64,000 nt of DNA from Hormiphora californensis. Its lineage: Eukaryota; Animalia; Ctenophora. The position numbers and the translations under genes were made by a program. The stretch lies in NCBI GenBank assembly GCA_020137815.1, contig CM035350.1:3162001-3226000 (forward strand), written 5' to 3'. Positions within the stretch are counted from its first letter, which is position 1. Each line of letters opens with the position of its first letter. This document shows, in pieces, positions 30,695 to 45,373 of this stretch. The notes below the pieces were generated by a model. The model was not told the DNA's origin, did no database searches, and saw only the letters and a program-made list of their open reading frames with translations.

Positions 30695-31360
30695 TTAAGG
30701 AGGTGAAACCTCGACTAGATAAAGTTTTTTGGAGACCGGACCTAGGTTACGTATTTTTGACCGAGGAATCCGAAAAACATAAAATTAAAATCGAAAACGT
30801 AGCGGTTTTTGCGTAAAACGGCAAAAACTGTCATTTTCAGCGATTTTCGACTTTTTACGCTTTCTAGAGATTTAAAAAATATTTCCTTACAAGATATGAT
30901 CTTGTGCTTCTAGACTAATAAAATACAATCGATTTGCTACAAATTGGTCCCGGGTTTGTGTGATTTGGTCAAAAGCTCTCTTTACTGTGGCCCATCAAAG
31001 ATGGCCACTCTGCAAATACGTATTTGGCTCCTGTGGCCGCAGATGTAAACCAAAATAAGATTTATTATACACCAAAATTTGCGTCTTCTCAAGGCAAACA
31101 ACCTGGTTTTTACGAAATTTGATTTCATGCAGGCGTTCAAAAATTACAGCCGAAAAACTGGTACAGTGGATTTCGGAAATACCCCTACTTCAACAAATCC
31201 TAATCCAGATAAGATTTCGAAAAATATACATGTTCATACATGAAAATGAAGCTCAGACAAATGCCAACGTGATGCAAAAAACGGGAAGTGTGTAACTTAT
31301 TTCGTTTAGAAGCTATAGCCAAAATAAAAGTGCTTATATTTGCCTTGAAAACACCCTCTA
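30695..31360. mobile_element. Probable non-autonomous DNA transposon remnant
   Basis: AT-rich TE-like sequence starting TTAAGG; matching right TIR not found. Confidence 0.35.
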
Positions 31361-31725
31361 ACATTATGTAACGCGCGGTACAAGTGGGTCGGAGAGTTTG
31401 GCGCGCAGATCAGCTCCGTGTGTGTGTCAGTGTGTGTCCCCATTTCTCGCTGTTCAACACCGGTTCATGGAGTCCCATCAGAGACCATCATGGGGCTCCT
31501 CGCTGGCACTTTGCTAAAACTGTTGCCCTCAATATTTCTCAGCAATGAATAGCATGTTTTTGTTATTACTTTGATTTGCATTGTCCACACTGGGCTGTGC
31601 AGCAGGAAACGCCTAGCTTTTTACGTGTGTTTCGCTACGTGTCACCCTCTTCAGCTATGATACATTTTCACCTTTATTTGGCGTGTATTTTGTACTTTTT
31701 AACTACTAACCCTCTATTTAGCAGT

Positions 31726-33930
31726 ATGAGATCGTTCTTTCTGTTACTGATTCTACTACCTGGCTGCTGTGAGGCGGGTGATTTTGTAGCAACTAACGAA
31801 TGGCAGGAAATAAAAGAAGGACAGTCCATTGGAAAGGGGCTCCACGTTAGGATGAATTTACAGACAGGGATTAAAGAGGCGAAACTAATGGATGAAAATG
31901 AGCCAGGTCGGTCCCTATTTTCTCTGCTGGCAGCTTCTTTTGAATCCCTTGTTTATTTGTCGAGTAACTTTAGCTCAACTAAATCTTTCTCAGATTCATC
32001 TGGAGAGCACCGAATGGCAGTCATACCAGACAAGGAAGAGGAGAAGGATGAGCCTGAATCTGATCATGCCACTGTATCACGCCGGTTCAGGTCCATGGAT
32101 GAACTACGAGAGTAAGTTCAGAGAGTTTTATAGAGACCGCGCTAAATCTGAATCAATAAGTTGACCAATCGGCTGTTTTTGAGTCGCACACTAACACCTC
32201 TCTCTGTCCAGGTTTATGCCAGGTATGGATGTCAAGACAGAGGGCCAGATAATGACTGATAAGATGAGTTTGTTATCAAAAGAGGGGGCTAGTGATCCAA
32301 CTGTTATTGTGATACTGGAGGACTTGGAGGAACTGGCTCATAAGGTACGACACATGGAGGTTGGGGACATTATGATAGTGGGTATTGAGTCACTTGACGC
32401 TGTTTCCGTGCTCCTCAATTCAAAGTGGGTAGTGGCTATAGGTTGTTATGTTCTAACCCTCCTTTACACGTACTGCACGGTAAAACATGGTCGAGCAAGA
32501 CACTATCACCTACTGCATTCATGGTGGGTGTCCTAATGGGGGGACAGTGCAATATCTGTACCATGGTCTCTATTTCTCCAGATAGATAATGGCCAGCTAC
32601 TGGTTAGTCAGGGTTGGTTTCCCAAGATAGCCAAGTTCCTGTATACTGAGAACAAGGAGGTTTATAGGGCTGTAGTCCGTCTTATATCCTCCGCTGCCCA
32701 GAGTAACCCTACAGTACAGAAATATTGCATCGAACAGGGTATGTGCCATTGTTGAAATTGTTTTTCTCTTTTTTTTTCAGAAATAGTGGGGTTGGATAAG
32801 AACTAGGTTGGTAAATGGTAACCTCGTTATTCCACCCAGGCTATCTAGGAGTGTTAACATCCCAGCTTTTATCTCAACCGGAAACCCTCTCAAAAAGTAC
32901 AATCTTTGCAATGAGCGCCATACTTAGGAATTTCCCCGCTGGATGGGAGGCCTTCGCTGGGATGATGGGCTTCAATACCCTCACTACCAAATATGGACTG
33001 AGCACCCTGGCGCCCCTACAAAGATCCATCTTGTCTTTGTATAACGACCTTCTCGAACAAGATCATTATGTGAGTCTCAGGGCCTTTCTTAACGAGCTGC
33101 ACCCTGCAATTGCACCCTGCAATTGCACCCTGCAATTGCACCCTGCAATTGCACCCTACAAACTTCTTTCTTAACGAGAGTTTGCACCCTGCAATTGCAC
33201 CCTGCAATTGCACCCTGCAAACCTTCGTTAAGAAAGAAAGTTGTAGGGTGCAATTGCATGCTTCACACGTGACCCAGTCACGTGCCATGTTGATGTGGTA
33301 ATGCTGTGTGTATCAATGCCAATAGGTGATGATAAACAATGCCCCGTAAACCGGGTTTCATGTTTCACTACCCCTCAACTTCCCACGTTCATTGCGCACG
33401 TGATTGGGTCACGTGTAAAGGGTGCAATTGCACCCTACAAGAACCTTTCTTAACGAGAGTTGTAGGGTGCAATTGTAGGGTGCAATTGCAGGGTGTAATA
33501 GGTCCTCCTGTTACACCCCTACAGGGTGCAAAGACCTTTCTTAACGAGACAGAAAGTGGATTGCACCCTGCAATTGCAGGGTGCAATTGCAGGGTGCAAT
33601 TGTAGTTTTTGTCTCGTTAAGAAAGGCCCTAACATAGCACCCAAGCAGCTTGTCAGCTGGGTTTCGTGAGACAAACATTTTACCATACACACTCTTCCAT
33701 TATATCTGCCTAATTCTTGCCATGCACTGACTGTAACAGTTTTATATATGAGACGTGACTTCCTACAGAATGGTAAAGATGATGTGTTGGGCATGTTGCG
33801 ACCTGGCTCAAAGGTTCTCTGCTCAAAGACTGCTGAACTTCTGGAGACGGCTAGTGCTGATTTGCTTGAGGAACTAGTCGCTCTTTATGGTTTTATCAAG
33901 GAGTGGTGTACAGAGGATCAACATGTAAAG
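31726..33930 (+). CDS. SIL1: Nucleotide exchange factor SIL1 (ER BiP co-chaperone); 3' end unresolved
   Basis: Signal peptide plus FVATNEWQEIKEGQSIGKGLHVRMNLQTGIKEAKL; LEDLEELAHK|IDNG and SSAAQSNPTVQ; exons 31726-31906, 31994-32111, 32212-32344, 32582-32738, 32840-33069, 33769-33930 with consistent phases. Confidence 0.9.
33079..33630. mobile_element. Foldback MITE in SIL1 intron 5
   Basis: TIR AGGGCCTTTCTTAACGAG/CTCGTTAAGAAAGGCCCT; internal 14-bp TGCACCCTGCAATT repeats in both orientations. Confidence 0.85.
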
Positions 33931-36900
33931 GTACAGTAGTGTCTGACTGTGGTCTCTGGTACGGGTCCTTTACAGTTCCTCTGCAGCCTACAACCATTGT
34001 CCCCAGTATTAGTACATATTCCCATTCTCTCTCCCTCCTCGACCCCGGCCCAGATTCCAAATATCTCTACCAGTCTGCTCGATTTTATCCAGCCTTCTCA
34101 TGTCATGCATTTGTCACATTGAATTTACAGCAGCCTGGTTCACCATTTACAGATCGTCTAGACTGCACACAATCATCAGCTGAGTTAGCTGATCATACGC
34201 CTATATCTTGCATACCTCTACTGGAATGGCAGCTGCTTTCATATTAAATGAGAATGCATTGTCTACACTCTACAGATATAATGAACTAACTTGTGATTGC
34301 AATAAGCTCTAGTGGAGAGATGAGACATATCTCATTGGCTCAGACGTTCATTCATTGTAGCATTCTTTTAATATGATAGTGTGATGAATATCATATGACA
34401 TGACACACATATAATGCACTATTCAATCTTGCAACATGTATATCATTTGGGAGATTGGAAACAGAGATTTAAAACAGAAACGCAGTAGTAGTACTGTTAT
34501 CACTGCACTCATATTATTGCTAGTACAAAACAGATGCAGGTCACATGTTGGTTGATTTGTCTCAAGATTTGGTGGCACAGTCCTCGTTTTGCTGTGCGGC
34601 CTTAGTTGTACTTAACTGCGTCACCAATATCTCAAGGTGTGCTTTGGCAGCTCTACAGAGATGGGAGTCAACATAGTGAGTTTAGATTGTCAGCGGTGAT
34701 GAATATAGTTAGTACGAGTCTCTCTTTACTGCAATCCATTACTAGTGTTGACGGTTGTAAAACAAAAGGTGAGAATGAGAATGAGAAAGAGAGAGAAAGA
34801 GAGAGGGAGAGACTAAGATAAGAAGAAATAGTCTTCAACCCACTATCAAGGTTGGACCAGTGAGTTGTCCAATTCCTGTTATTATCTGAAACCTACACTT
34901 CTGTTTTTTATACTGCCTCTACTTTTTTGGAATAGCTCACCTGCTCCATTTTTTAGTTCACTAGATGCTGTATTTTAGTAATAATCTTCCCTCGGCGTCT
35001 GCAGCTTCCTTACTAAGCAAACTCATTCCTCTAGCTCCATTCTCTCCATACCATGTCTTCTCTTTGTTGATCCCTTACCGCTTCTAAGTGTGTTTACAGC
35101 TGTTCAACTGATTCTTAGACTGTTTTCTCTAATACGTCTCCTCTCTCTTCTCGCTCTATCGGTCTCTCTTCTCTCTCTATCTCTCTCTCTCTCTCTCTCT
35201 ACTCTCTCTCTCTCTCTCTCTCCACCTCTATTTCTTTCTTTCTGTCCTGATCTCCCTCTCTAGATCGCTTATTTATTTCTTCTTTTACTTTATGTAGGCT
35301 ATCGCCTATCGTTTATCCTCCTCTCCCTCTATTTTTCTCTACCTCCCGGCCCTCTTTCTCCCCTCGATCTCATTCTCATCATTTATCCACATGGGTCTAC
35401 TGCACCATACTACTGGTGTTAGCGGGTCAGTAGGGAGCTGCTTATAGTGGTGCAGCTGCATACGGGCATATTTTCTCTTTCCCTCATCGAGCTCTTGACG
35501 CGACGATCATATATGCCCAATATATAATTTATCAAACCAGCTACTTACTTTTGCGTAGTAAATCGCTTGAGAACTTGGGTTCAGAAACACTCAGTATTTA
35601 ATACACGTATTGCTAAGGAATTTTCGACAACATTGGCAATGAACATGAAGCTCTAGCTCTCTTGAACACGTATTTAGCCACGAGGCTCGAAGATGTATGC
35701 ATTTATCCATGTGGGACAATCAACCAAGAAGAGTTTTCGTATACCTGCTCATTTTATACCACATACCTAACTCGCTCCTTTTCTCTCTCTCTTTCTTGAC
35801 TTTCTGCTCTCTGGTAGTTTTGTAACATTTTAGGCAGCTATTTTTGTATGCTTCACTTCTCCCGAGTAAATAACTGCAATTGAAACTCAAAGAGATGTAT
35901 GCTCAGTTACTACTGCCTTTCAACACCTAAAGCATTTAACCGTAGCGTTCATTTGAGAGCGTATCACCGTGTCTTATTGCATTCCTTGGTGACGCAGTCA
36001 CCCCTTCATTACCAGCCGCACGAACATAAAGAGGGGATGGCATCACCAATTGCATTGCTAGCTTAGAAGTGGATCCTAGAAAGAGAAGGAGTGAGAGAGA
36101 TAGTGTTCCATAGAACTGTGTAGTATCCTATAAATCAATACTTGCTCCTATATTAGCTCTGAATTGCCGGCTGAACAACACATGATATTTCACACACATG
36201 ACAGCCGCACCACAACACTCATTTCTATCTCACAGCTGAATTATGTAATTTCTTTCTTTCATCTCCTAAGTGTTTCCCCTCTCATCTCTCTCGTCAGATT
36301 CGTCTCCGGTTGGAAGATATAACAGTGTTGCTGTCCCGGACCAAAGATCAGTTAGACGATGAACATACTGTATTACTAAGCCGTATAAACTCTCTTATTT
36401 ATCCTAACGACGCTTTGTGACGAGGGAGGCAGTATAACCTTTGGGGTTTAATAGGCTTTTCTTCTTCGACCTTGATGAGAGCTGACATTTAGAATCCCAG
36501 GTACGCGGAGAGAGAGAGAGAGAGAAATAGAAAGAGATAGAGAGAGAGAGAAATAGAGAGATCAGAGAAAGAGACTCGATTAAGTTGAGGTCAGTTACAT
36601 AGCATTATATGCGACAACTTGATTACTCAGAGTGATCAGTGATAAATGAGACTTGAGAGTTGAGTAACTAATGCACGTTATATGCACTTTTTCCTGTTAT
36701 TTATTTATTTATTTTGTTAGCTTGGGTAATTTGGACCCAAGTTAAACCTTTAGATAAATGTTTATTAAGCTAACTTAACAAATATAATAGACTGTTTTCA
36801 CAACAACATGTCATATCATTATATGGATTATAGGGCAGTGTGACGTTGAGTCGGGGAAGGGTGCAATTCATTCCTCTAAGAGGAATCATCATGCTACTAA

Positions 36901-36968
36901 AGAGGCAGGCTCATATTATAAAGGAGGCATGGATGGAGAGGCCTGGTATAATGTACATGTATTATATT

Positions 36969-38036
36969 CATCAAGTGGACTAGTTGTTGGAAAAGATCAT
37001 GACGTTATACATATTATAGAGTTTCCTAGCTGTGAGGAAAGATACTACCACCTAGGCTGTGGCCATAACCATTATCTATAGAATCGATTTGTGGTGAGGG
37101 AAAGAGAGGAGAGGGGTGCAGGGATCACGATTTATAAAATCACCGAGCAATACAATATGCCCCCGACTGTCGCTTAAAAGAGTTATGCTGTCTGTTTTGT
37201 CGATTGTCGCTAACTCCAGTAAGAGTCGTATGATTTCCCTCATTGGCCTGACAGTATATCATGTCCAATTTTACTTGTAGGCTGATGTTCAAGATGCTGT
37301 TTGAATATGTTCTGAACAATAAAATCATCGCGTTTTCTTTTCATCACTACGTCGATTGAAGCCGAAAGGAGCTACCATTTCTATAGACTAGCATAGCTGA
37401 TATTGTTCTATAGGCAAAATATACTATTCCCTTTTCTGTCGAGGTGCCGACCCCGTTTTAATGATCAAGACATGTGGTGCGCTCGAATCGGCACCGCCAT
37501 ACAATTGCTGAGTGGTACTCTCACGCGTGAAACAAGGTGTGATAAACTTGCATCTAGGCCAATTTCATAACTCAGATGATCAATTAATTTTGTGAAACAA
37601 TTGTTCTCCGAGTTCACACATTCACAGTTTCACGTTTGTTTCATTTTGAATGCTCTGTTGTGACATTCACCCGTCTAAGTCTCTCTTTAATTCTAATTCT
37701 ATCACTTTACAACCGTATCGCCTAGTTTGGATCAATCATTGGATCAGTCATTGGATCAGTCATTCTGTCAAATGGTGCTTCTTTTCTGTATCTTTCAACA
37801 CAGTATCTCTAATATCTGATCTCCAATGTACGCAATACCTGCTCGTTCTCTTGTCATCAAGTGGACTAGTTGTTGGAAGAGATCATGTTATATAGTGTTT
37901 CCTAGCTGTGAGGACAGCGACTCTGCCACCTGCCATAATAACCATTCTATAGAATCGATTTGTGGTGAGGGAAAGAGAGGAGGGGGGTGCAGGGATCATG
38001 ATTCATAAAATCACCGAGCAATAAAATATGCCCCCA
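36969..38036 (+). repeat. Diverged ~190-bp direct duplication (36969-37165 / 37855-38036)
   Basis: CATCAAGTGGACTAGTTGTTGGAA...CACCGAGCAATA.AATATGCCCC present in both. Confidence 0.85.
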
Positions 38037-39950
38037 CATACCTCGCCACATGTCCTATTATTATGCCAAGCAGTTGATTGAATTGTGAGACCTCTCTCTC
38101 TCGCACTATCTGGAAGTTGCTGTGTATAATTAGGGGCCCCTAATTGTAACATCTGATTGTCATCAGTCAATACAATATAGTATTCTCAAGTGATCATCCA
38201 GCTGCTGCACGCGGGGGGGGGGGGGGTTGTAATAGTCTTTGATTCTTACCTCGAACAGCTCTATGTTTGCTGGTTTGCAATCTTAACCAATCCTCTGAGA
38301 GAAATGCACTTTTCAAATTAATTATAGTGTTTCTAATTGTTTACTGCGAAATTGGAGTCTACCACAGGCTCATGATATTTCTCTCTTGTATACGAAGAAG
38401 TTTCATTAATTTCACGCTCCATATGATATATATGCACCTCTCTGATGCAGAGACTCTTTCAGAGCAATATAACGAGCTATAAGATGCACAATAGTATATA
38501 TATACCTCTCTCGGCCACCCACGGCAGACAAAACTAGCCAATTACCGTATTGCATGCATGAAGGTTTTTATTACTTTGTGCAGTGCTCCTCCTGTGAGAG
38601 TAATCATTTCCCATTGCCAATGTCTGCTATCCTAGAGACCAGCGATCTATAGTGAGTAGTGAGTAGTGAGATTTTATAGTTGCATATAACACGTATGGTT
38701 TAGCAAGTAAGATGGCAATTATACTCTTTGATTAAAGCCTACCGCCACCGATGGTGGGTATTAAATATATTATAGCGTGTCAAGTGTGTGCCGCTTACTA
38801 GGTTCCACAGAAAATTATAGGATTTTGTCATAGTAAAAATAGTAAAACACAAATAACTCTTTTTTTTCTTCAGTTTCTTAAAATTATAACCAGCTTTTGG
38901 GGAGGGAAAACAGCTCAGTCGATTGTCGGTGTAGCATGGTAGTTTGAGTTGTCAACACGTCCATATAATCACACTTCAGCTCTACCTTCCCTGCCTCTCT
39001 TTTTTAATCCATTTTCTCTTCTTCTTTCTCCCTCTCCCTCGGTCTTCCTTTGTTTTATCGCCCTATATAATTAGTTGCAATGATCTGACAAACATAAAGA
39101 GTCATAATAATATGTCAATATTTCAACGTGATTAGTAATTCTCTAGGAATCATGTCTCCCATCTAGCTGCCATTAACCAAAGATCTCCCATCACAGCTAT
39201 CTATTGAACCTGTCATCCCTTTCTAGAACTTTCTCTCAACATTTACTTCTAATGATTCTGTGGGTGATTTATTATTTCCAGTAGATATCCAGAAGGAGGT
39301 GAAAACATGCCTTTTTTCAATTATACTTTTACAGCTGTCGACAGCTGTCAGGCTTGGCCGAAGGAGCTCGTGTGAGCGGGGCACTTCCAGTTCCACCCGG
39401 ATGCCAGTCTAGGTTTTCCCATAGCTGTGTAGTGTACTTGGTTACGAAGTCACCCCTTTTATTGCATACGTGAGCTATATTAACGCGGAGGGGTAATTTT
39501 ATTACCAAGTGGTGTACCGTGGTTGATGCTGTACTATTACACTATCTATGTTCCTGCCTTTGAAGGTTGTCACACCGAAGCAGCCCCCCCCCCCTGTGAT
39601 CTGGTGCGGTAAAACATGAATTGTAAACTCTAAACTCTAATCTCTTATTACAGCTTCAGCTCGGCTCATGGGAAGGCACCGTAAAGTTACTTAGCCCTAT
39701 TAATTTGTCACGCCTCCTGTGCGGCCCCTCTCACTCACACTGTTGCCAGTGCCACTTCTCAATCTCAATCACAATTATTAGACACCCGTAATCCACTCAC
39801 CTCTAGTAATCCACTCACCTCTAAAGGGGTTCCACATGGGGTCAGGTCCCATATATGCTATTTACTGCTGTCTCACAGATCAGCTCTCTTGACTTATCAG
39901 TGAGTTATACCTACACCAGGCCATGGCTGAAACTATCATCCGTGGTGTAA

Positions 39951-40029
39951 CTGTCCTAGCTGCCAATGCTCTGACCACAGTTCTCGCGTGCTCCGAAATG
40001 AGAATGGAGTCAGGCCAATGCTCGGACAG
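39951..40029 (-). mobile_element. ~80-bp CTGTCAG-family mini-element with 8-bp TSD TGGTGTAA
   Basis: Two direct CCAATGCTC(T/G)GAC units; TSD at 39943-39950 and 40030-40037. Confidence 0.8.
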
Positions 40030-40702
40030 TGGTGTAACTCACTCGAGGGGTATCAGACAAATTGAGTTTGCAGCTCCATTTCCAATGTCACATTTACTAA
40101 AAGTGACATTGTAAATGGAAGTAAACTCAATTTGTCTGATATAGGTACCCAGCCGCGTCGAGCTGTTGATACACACGAGCTATGTTACACTGTAACATAG
40201 CTCGTGTGTATCAATAGTGTGGCATGTGTGTGTGTGTGTGTGAACAATATATGCATCAGCAGCTCTTAGTAGACTAGTGTTAATATATTGCACATAGCTT
40301 GAGGTGTGACGGTGTAAAATTCTGTATCATAAGAAATGCCGACAGGTACAGCCCTGAATGAATCAGCTGCAGACTCTGCAGTAACATAGTGCAGAGTTGC
40401 CTTGTTCGACCCCCCTTCCCCGCGCCCGAACAAAACAACTGCAGAGTGCAGCTATACTTTTTAAACACCCCGAGGAAGCTGTGTTTCAATACACATCATA
40501 CCTCAATACCATAGCGTGTTTTCTATTTACCTACATCGTGAATATCACACACAGAACCTAAATAACATAACCGCTAACGAGTTGATAATCACAATATGAA
40601 TCCTGGGCGATGTGTTATTCAGTAATTAGGAGTTGTGTGATTATTAGGCAACAATGTTGAATCCCCACAAATCATAATTTTGTTGCCTTGTGGTCATATA
40701 CC

Positions 40703-40788
40703 CTGTCAGCGCATTGGCCTGACCATATAATTCTCATTTCTTTCAAATAAGGAGCGCGAGAACGGTGGTCAGAGCATTGGCCTGACAG
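40703..40788 (+). mobile_element. CTGTCAG-family mini-element (also in the duplicate copy at ~46213-46301)
   Basis: CTGTCAGCGCATTGGCCTGACC...GTCAGAGCATTGGCCTGACAG; TSD degenerate. Confidence 0.75.
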
Positions 40789-41886
40789 GTCATCGCCAAC
40801 TTTATGAGCACGTGCTTGCCCCATTTTCTTAATTCTAACCATGTGTCATGATTGCCCTCGATTTTCCGAGACTAAGGTCGCCCCGTAATTTTATGTAGTA
40901 CCCTATGTGACACGCTCACTGCTCCAGTAGTCTGCTATAAGTATACTAATGGTCCCCGGCCCGCCCTACTTTCATTATGATATATTGATATGATGAGACC
41001 TCCCTAAAGTCTAAACTATGAACAATAGATGACGATCAGCTCCTCTCTTCCTGTTAAATTTATTAATTCACTGTTCCCTCGGTTTCTAGATTTAGCTTTG
41101 TCGCTCTGTAATTTGTCTCGCCAAGAACAATTAGATATGTAATTTGGGTTTAATTAAGTGTCAAATAAGTTCCACTGACTATAAACATGTTTCAGGTACT
41201 TTCAGGTTAAACTACCCTTATAGTGTTCCCAAGATATGCTCGTCCAATAAGCTCTTTGCTTCATTCCCGAACCCAATATACATCTGTGCTGGAAAGTGCA
41301 ATAAGTTGTACCGTCGTATGCTATGCCAGTTTCAAGCTTGCTTGACTTTATACTGTAACTACTTGACTGGCGGCGACAGATCCCGTGATGATGCGTTCAG
41401 AACGGGGCGGCGTCGCCAGACAGGTAACTATACTACCCGCATGATTAGGTAGTGTACCAGTGATTGGGTACCCAAAGGCAGTATTCCGGCCCTACTACCG
41501 GGGTCAATCATGTGGCTGCAGAGTCTAACATCTGTCAAACCGTGGAGACAGGTACATGTTATGTAATACAGGGAGTGACAAATGTTAGCACGGGGAGGTC
41601 TCAAAAAAAAAAAAAAAAAAAAGCTCTTTGCCTTGTTCGACCCTCCCTCTCCTTGGTAATGAAATTCCCCCTCTGCACTAGCTCACGGAGCAATAATAGG
41701 GGTGACTTCGTAACCCTCCCTCCCCGGGTTTGAACAAAACAATAAGCTCAGGCAAGACTTGTTATATATTACTCAACCCGAGACGAGTCCTAATTGTCGC
41801 TGTTCTTTGTGGAACAACTATAGTATTATACGCGAATATTCTGCCAAAAAACCTATATATAGGTACCTATAGGTGTACCTAAAAGA

Positions 41887-41986
<100 letters not shown>

Positions 41987-42460
41987 TGTGGCGAGAGACG
42001 CCTATAGGGAGAAGATTAATATATCAGTGCAGCGAATTACGTGGTAACTCCCCTTCTCGACTAGCTGTCAACAAAACTCAGATTACTAGTGCCGCCTCTG
42101 ATTGCACCAAGCTGAATACACCTGAGGTGACAGCTCGTACGGCAGGTAGTCCAGATCAACTCGTGTTAGGTATGTGTGAGCAGCTGCTTTGGTGGTGGTC
42201 AAGAATCTATAATGCTAGTTAGACTCCCTCTCTACATATATTGACCATCTGCACGTGCGAGATAGACACATGGGGCTTGTGAGCTATTATAAAGCAGCTG
42301 CCTCTACAGTTTCTGCCCGGCTTATGTGGTTCCTAAATAGTTGTTGTCTAGGCATATATTCCCTCCGACTAAAGAGTTCTTATACCCCTGTATGCCGTTC
42401 AGTGCTATTAATTATTCATTATAGTGGGACGTGGGTAGTTATAATTGTAACACCAATTAA

Positions 42461-43050
42461 GGGTACGCTAACCAAAAATTTTTTTCGAGTGCAGGGAAAT
42501 CTCTCACCGTAGGGTTGTAGGCCATGCCAAGCAGACCTCAAATATGCAATTTGAGCTCTCAAGTCGAATTCATATTTTTGCTACAGCTGCTTGAAAAATG
42601 AACTGAAAATATGTTTTTGGCATCTCAAAATTTTTTTTATAAAGATAGGAGCATGAAAATTTGGGGATTGGAAGAGGACATGAAGGTGAATAACCACAAA
42701 AATTTTTTTTTGCAATCCGAGCTGATTTCCGGTCCTGAGATGGATTTCTTTTTTTCCACTTTAACGCCCTATTTGGCAAAGTTCCGAAAACATGTGAAAG
42801 CTGTAAATTGGTGAAAAGTTGCGTCTAACGATTATCTAAGTGGCCATAAATTTTGGGCGTGTCCTTATTTGAGATAAGCTGTACAGAGTTTTTTTTGTGA
42901 AAGCCGTCATTTCAGAAATAAATAAATTCCCTGTATCTCAAAAACGGCTGATCGTAGAGACCTGAGACTATGCTTAAACGATTCAGAAGGTCCGATTTTG
43001 GGGGGGTCTTCTGAGAGACATTTTTCTCCTACTTCAACCGGTTTTGCTGT
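42461..43050. mobile_element. DNA transposon-like remnant starting at TTAA|GG
   Basis: Homology to the second duplicate copy breaks exactly at TTAA (42457-42460), followed by AT-rich TE-like sequence. Confidence 0.45.
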
Positions 43051-43146
43051 AAGTGCGAAAAACAAAAACCCATGGGGGGAAAAAGGAAGGGGGAAAAGTG
43101 AGTTTACCACTTTTTATATACAGGGGAGGGTTTTCTAAAAAACGCC

Positions 43147-44120
43147 ATGGGGGGCTGGACTCCCCAAATCGGGAAAGATGGAGAAAAAAACCCAACCCCA
43201 AAAAAGCCTTTAAAACCTGGGCCCCCGCACATATCAGGGGCCCGCCTCAAAAAGGGTTTTGCCATACAAACAACAAAAACCCCCCTGCGGGGAAAATTTG
43301 GAACTGCAAATGAGCGGGTCCTAATAAACTGTGACAGCCAGGGTACCATAAAAAGCCTAGACACCACCACGTCCAGGTCAAAAACCACTCTGAAAACAAT
43401 ATCAAACCTCAACACCCTATCAATTTGGAACAACGTCACAGTAAGATGGATCCCAGCCCACCAAGGGCATCACGGGAACGAACTTGCTGACGCTCTGGCC
43501 AAAAAGGGTGCTCAAAATACTTCAGAAGAAACCCTAATCCCAATCCCCAAAGCTGCAGCATACGCAGCCCTAAGGAACAAGATTAAAACCGGTAACAGGA
43601 AAATATCAAACCACATGGATATGATATGGGCTGACCGATTTGGGAAATCTCTGAAAAACATGACTAGAAGTAACCTAAGAGCTGCCACGCACCTTCTCAC
43701 GGGACACGGCAATCTAAACTACCATATGAAAAAACTGAAAAAAGTCAAAACCACAACCTGCAACCTATGTGGGATGGAGGACGAAACTGTCAAACACGTA
43801 CTCACAGAATGCCCACTACTGTGGAAACTTCGACAAGAAGTATTCGATAAACTGTGCGTGACTTTGGACGACATAAGACACCACCTGCCCTTCCAAAAAA
43901 CCGTCACGTTTTACCGAAGGGCGGAGAAACTACTACACCCCGAGGACCCTCACCCGGCCTCTAGGTAGAAAACACCACGACTCCAAGAAGTACACCCCAG
44001 GAATCTAGAATTTCTGGTCGGGGTACCTCAAGGCTGGGGAACGTAACCATTGTGCTACATCCCTTCATCTCAGCCCCTCACGGGGCTGAGACAGCCTCTA
44101 CGAAGAAGAAGAAGAAGAAG
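43147..44120 (+). mobile_element. 3' end of a non-LTR retrotransposon with RNase H and CCHC knuckle (I/Loa/R1-like group), (GAA)n tail
   Basis: VLINCDSQ...VTVRWIPAHQGHHGNELADALAKKGA (RNase H), LLTGHGNLNYH, CNLCGMEDETVKHVLTECP; GAA repeats at 44102-44120; 5' part is homopolymer-noisy. Confidence 0.9.
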
Positions 44121-44164
44121 GCAACAATAACATACCAGTACTTATTTTATCAGTAATTTAATCT

Positions 44165-45200
44165 TATGACTCAAAATTTGTGGAGCAAAACATGATTTCC
44201 CCCTCCATTTTCGCAGTATAAATTATCTCCTTGAATATTAACAGAATAAGTTTTATTTGCATCAAAATAACGTTCATCAGACCGTAATATTACAGTAATA
44301 ATATTGCCTAATCATGGGACTCAAATTGTGTGGAGCAATTACACATAAAACCATGGAATACCATTAGTTACTTTGGCCTTGATAAATCGATTTATATTAC
44401 AACCAATTGAGTATTTAACCAAATGTTAGTTATAATTTAACCAAGCATTAGTATAGCCTTACTCAAAATCAGGGGAGCAATGATTTTCCTCTCTGAGAAT
44501 CAGAAACAGAGCATGCCATAAGGTTTTTGTGCGAATTTTGTGACTGTCTGGACACAAATACGGCTCCTTTAGGGGCGCCTCCACACAAATTGAGTAACTT
44601 TTTCTGGTTGAAATGGTAAATTGTTGGTGCCAAATTATCTGCACAACTAATTTTTTAAATCAAGAACCGGTTTAACAGCAACTCAAACGATTCGGAGCAG
44701 TTTTTGTCAAAAAATCAGTATTTGCTCCACATATTTTGAGTTAGTATCTTCGAAATATACAAGAATCTTGCTCCACTATCGTTTTGTCAAGTTAATTCAC
44801 TTATTTAAAGAAGCTACCCCTAATACTTTTTGACTTATTACTCTATTTGGAAGTAAAACTACAGATCGGCCAACGACTGTATTTTGACTATATGGAAAAA
44901 TCGGCTCCACACTAATTTGAGTAAACTTTTTGATCCAGCTGATGACTCCATGAGCTCCTAAAATGTCTCTAGAATCAAATAGTTTATAAATAAAATGTTA
45001 ATTTAATGTAAGTAACCCCAATGAGTAAGATTTGCTACAAAAATCGATGTGCTCCGCACAATTTGAGTTCCCGACTTTTCATTTTTAAGCAGTATAGGTA
45101 GAAATAATTTGATTAAACATATACGAAAATTTCATGGAGAAAGGATGAAAAACATCTCCTCCAGAGGGGGCTCCGCACAATTTTGCTCCGCACGTGTTAA
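44165..45200. mobile_element. Non-autonomous DNA transposon remnant with dispersed CTCAAA-N-GGAGCA motifs
   Basis: Motif in + orientation at ~44170, 44320 and 44463, then inverted at ~44578, 44723, 44903 and 45050. Confidence 0.5.
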
Positions 45201-45373
45201 AACGGCTATAACTTTGCTTTAGAGCAAGCAATTGAGTTCTAGTTTTCATAGAAATTTAGAGTAAACAATTGTACACCGGTATAGTGGTATTATGAGTACC
45301 AGTTATCATAGGAACATATTGAAATATCTAAATGAAAATTTGTGAAAAATCCTCGCAACGACCAGAAACTTGA

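Noticed and set aside
33931-34320. SIL1 terminal exon(s) and ER-retention signal
   Set aside because: Several acceptors (~34053, ~34152, ~34276) are possible, but none could be joined confidently
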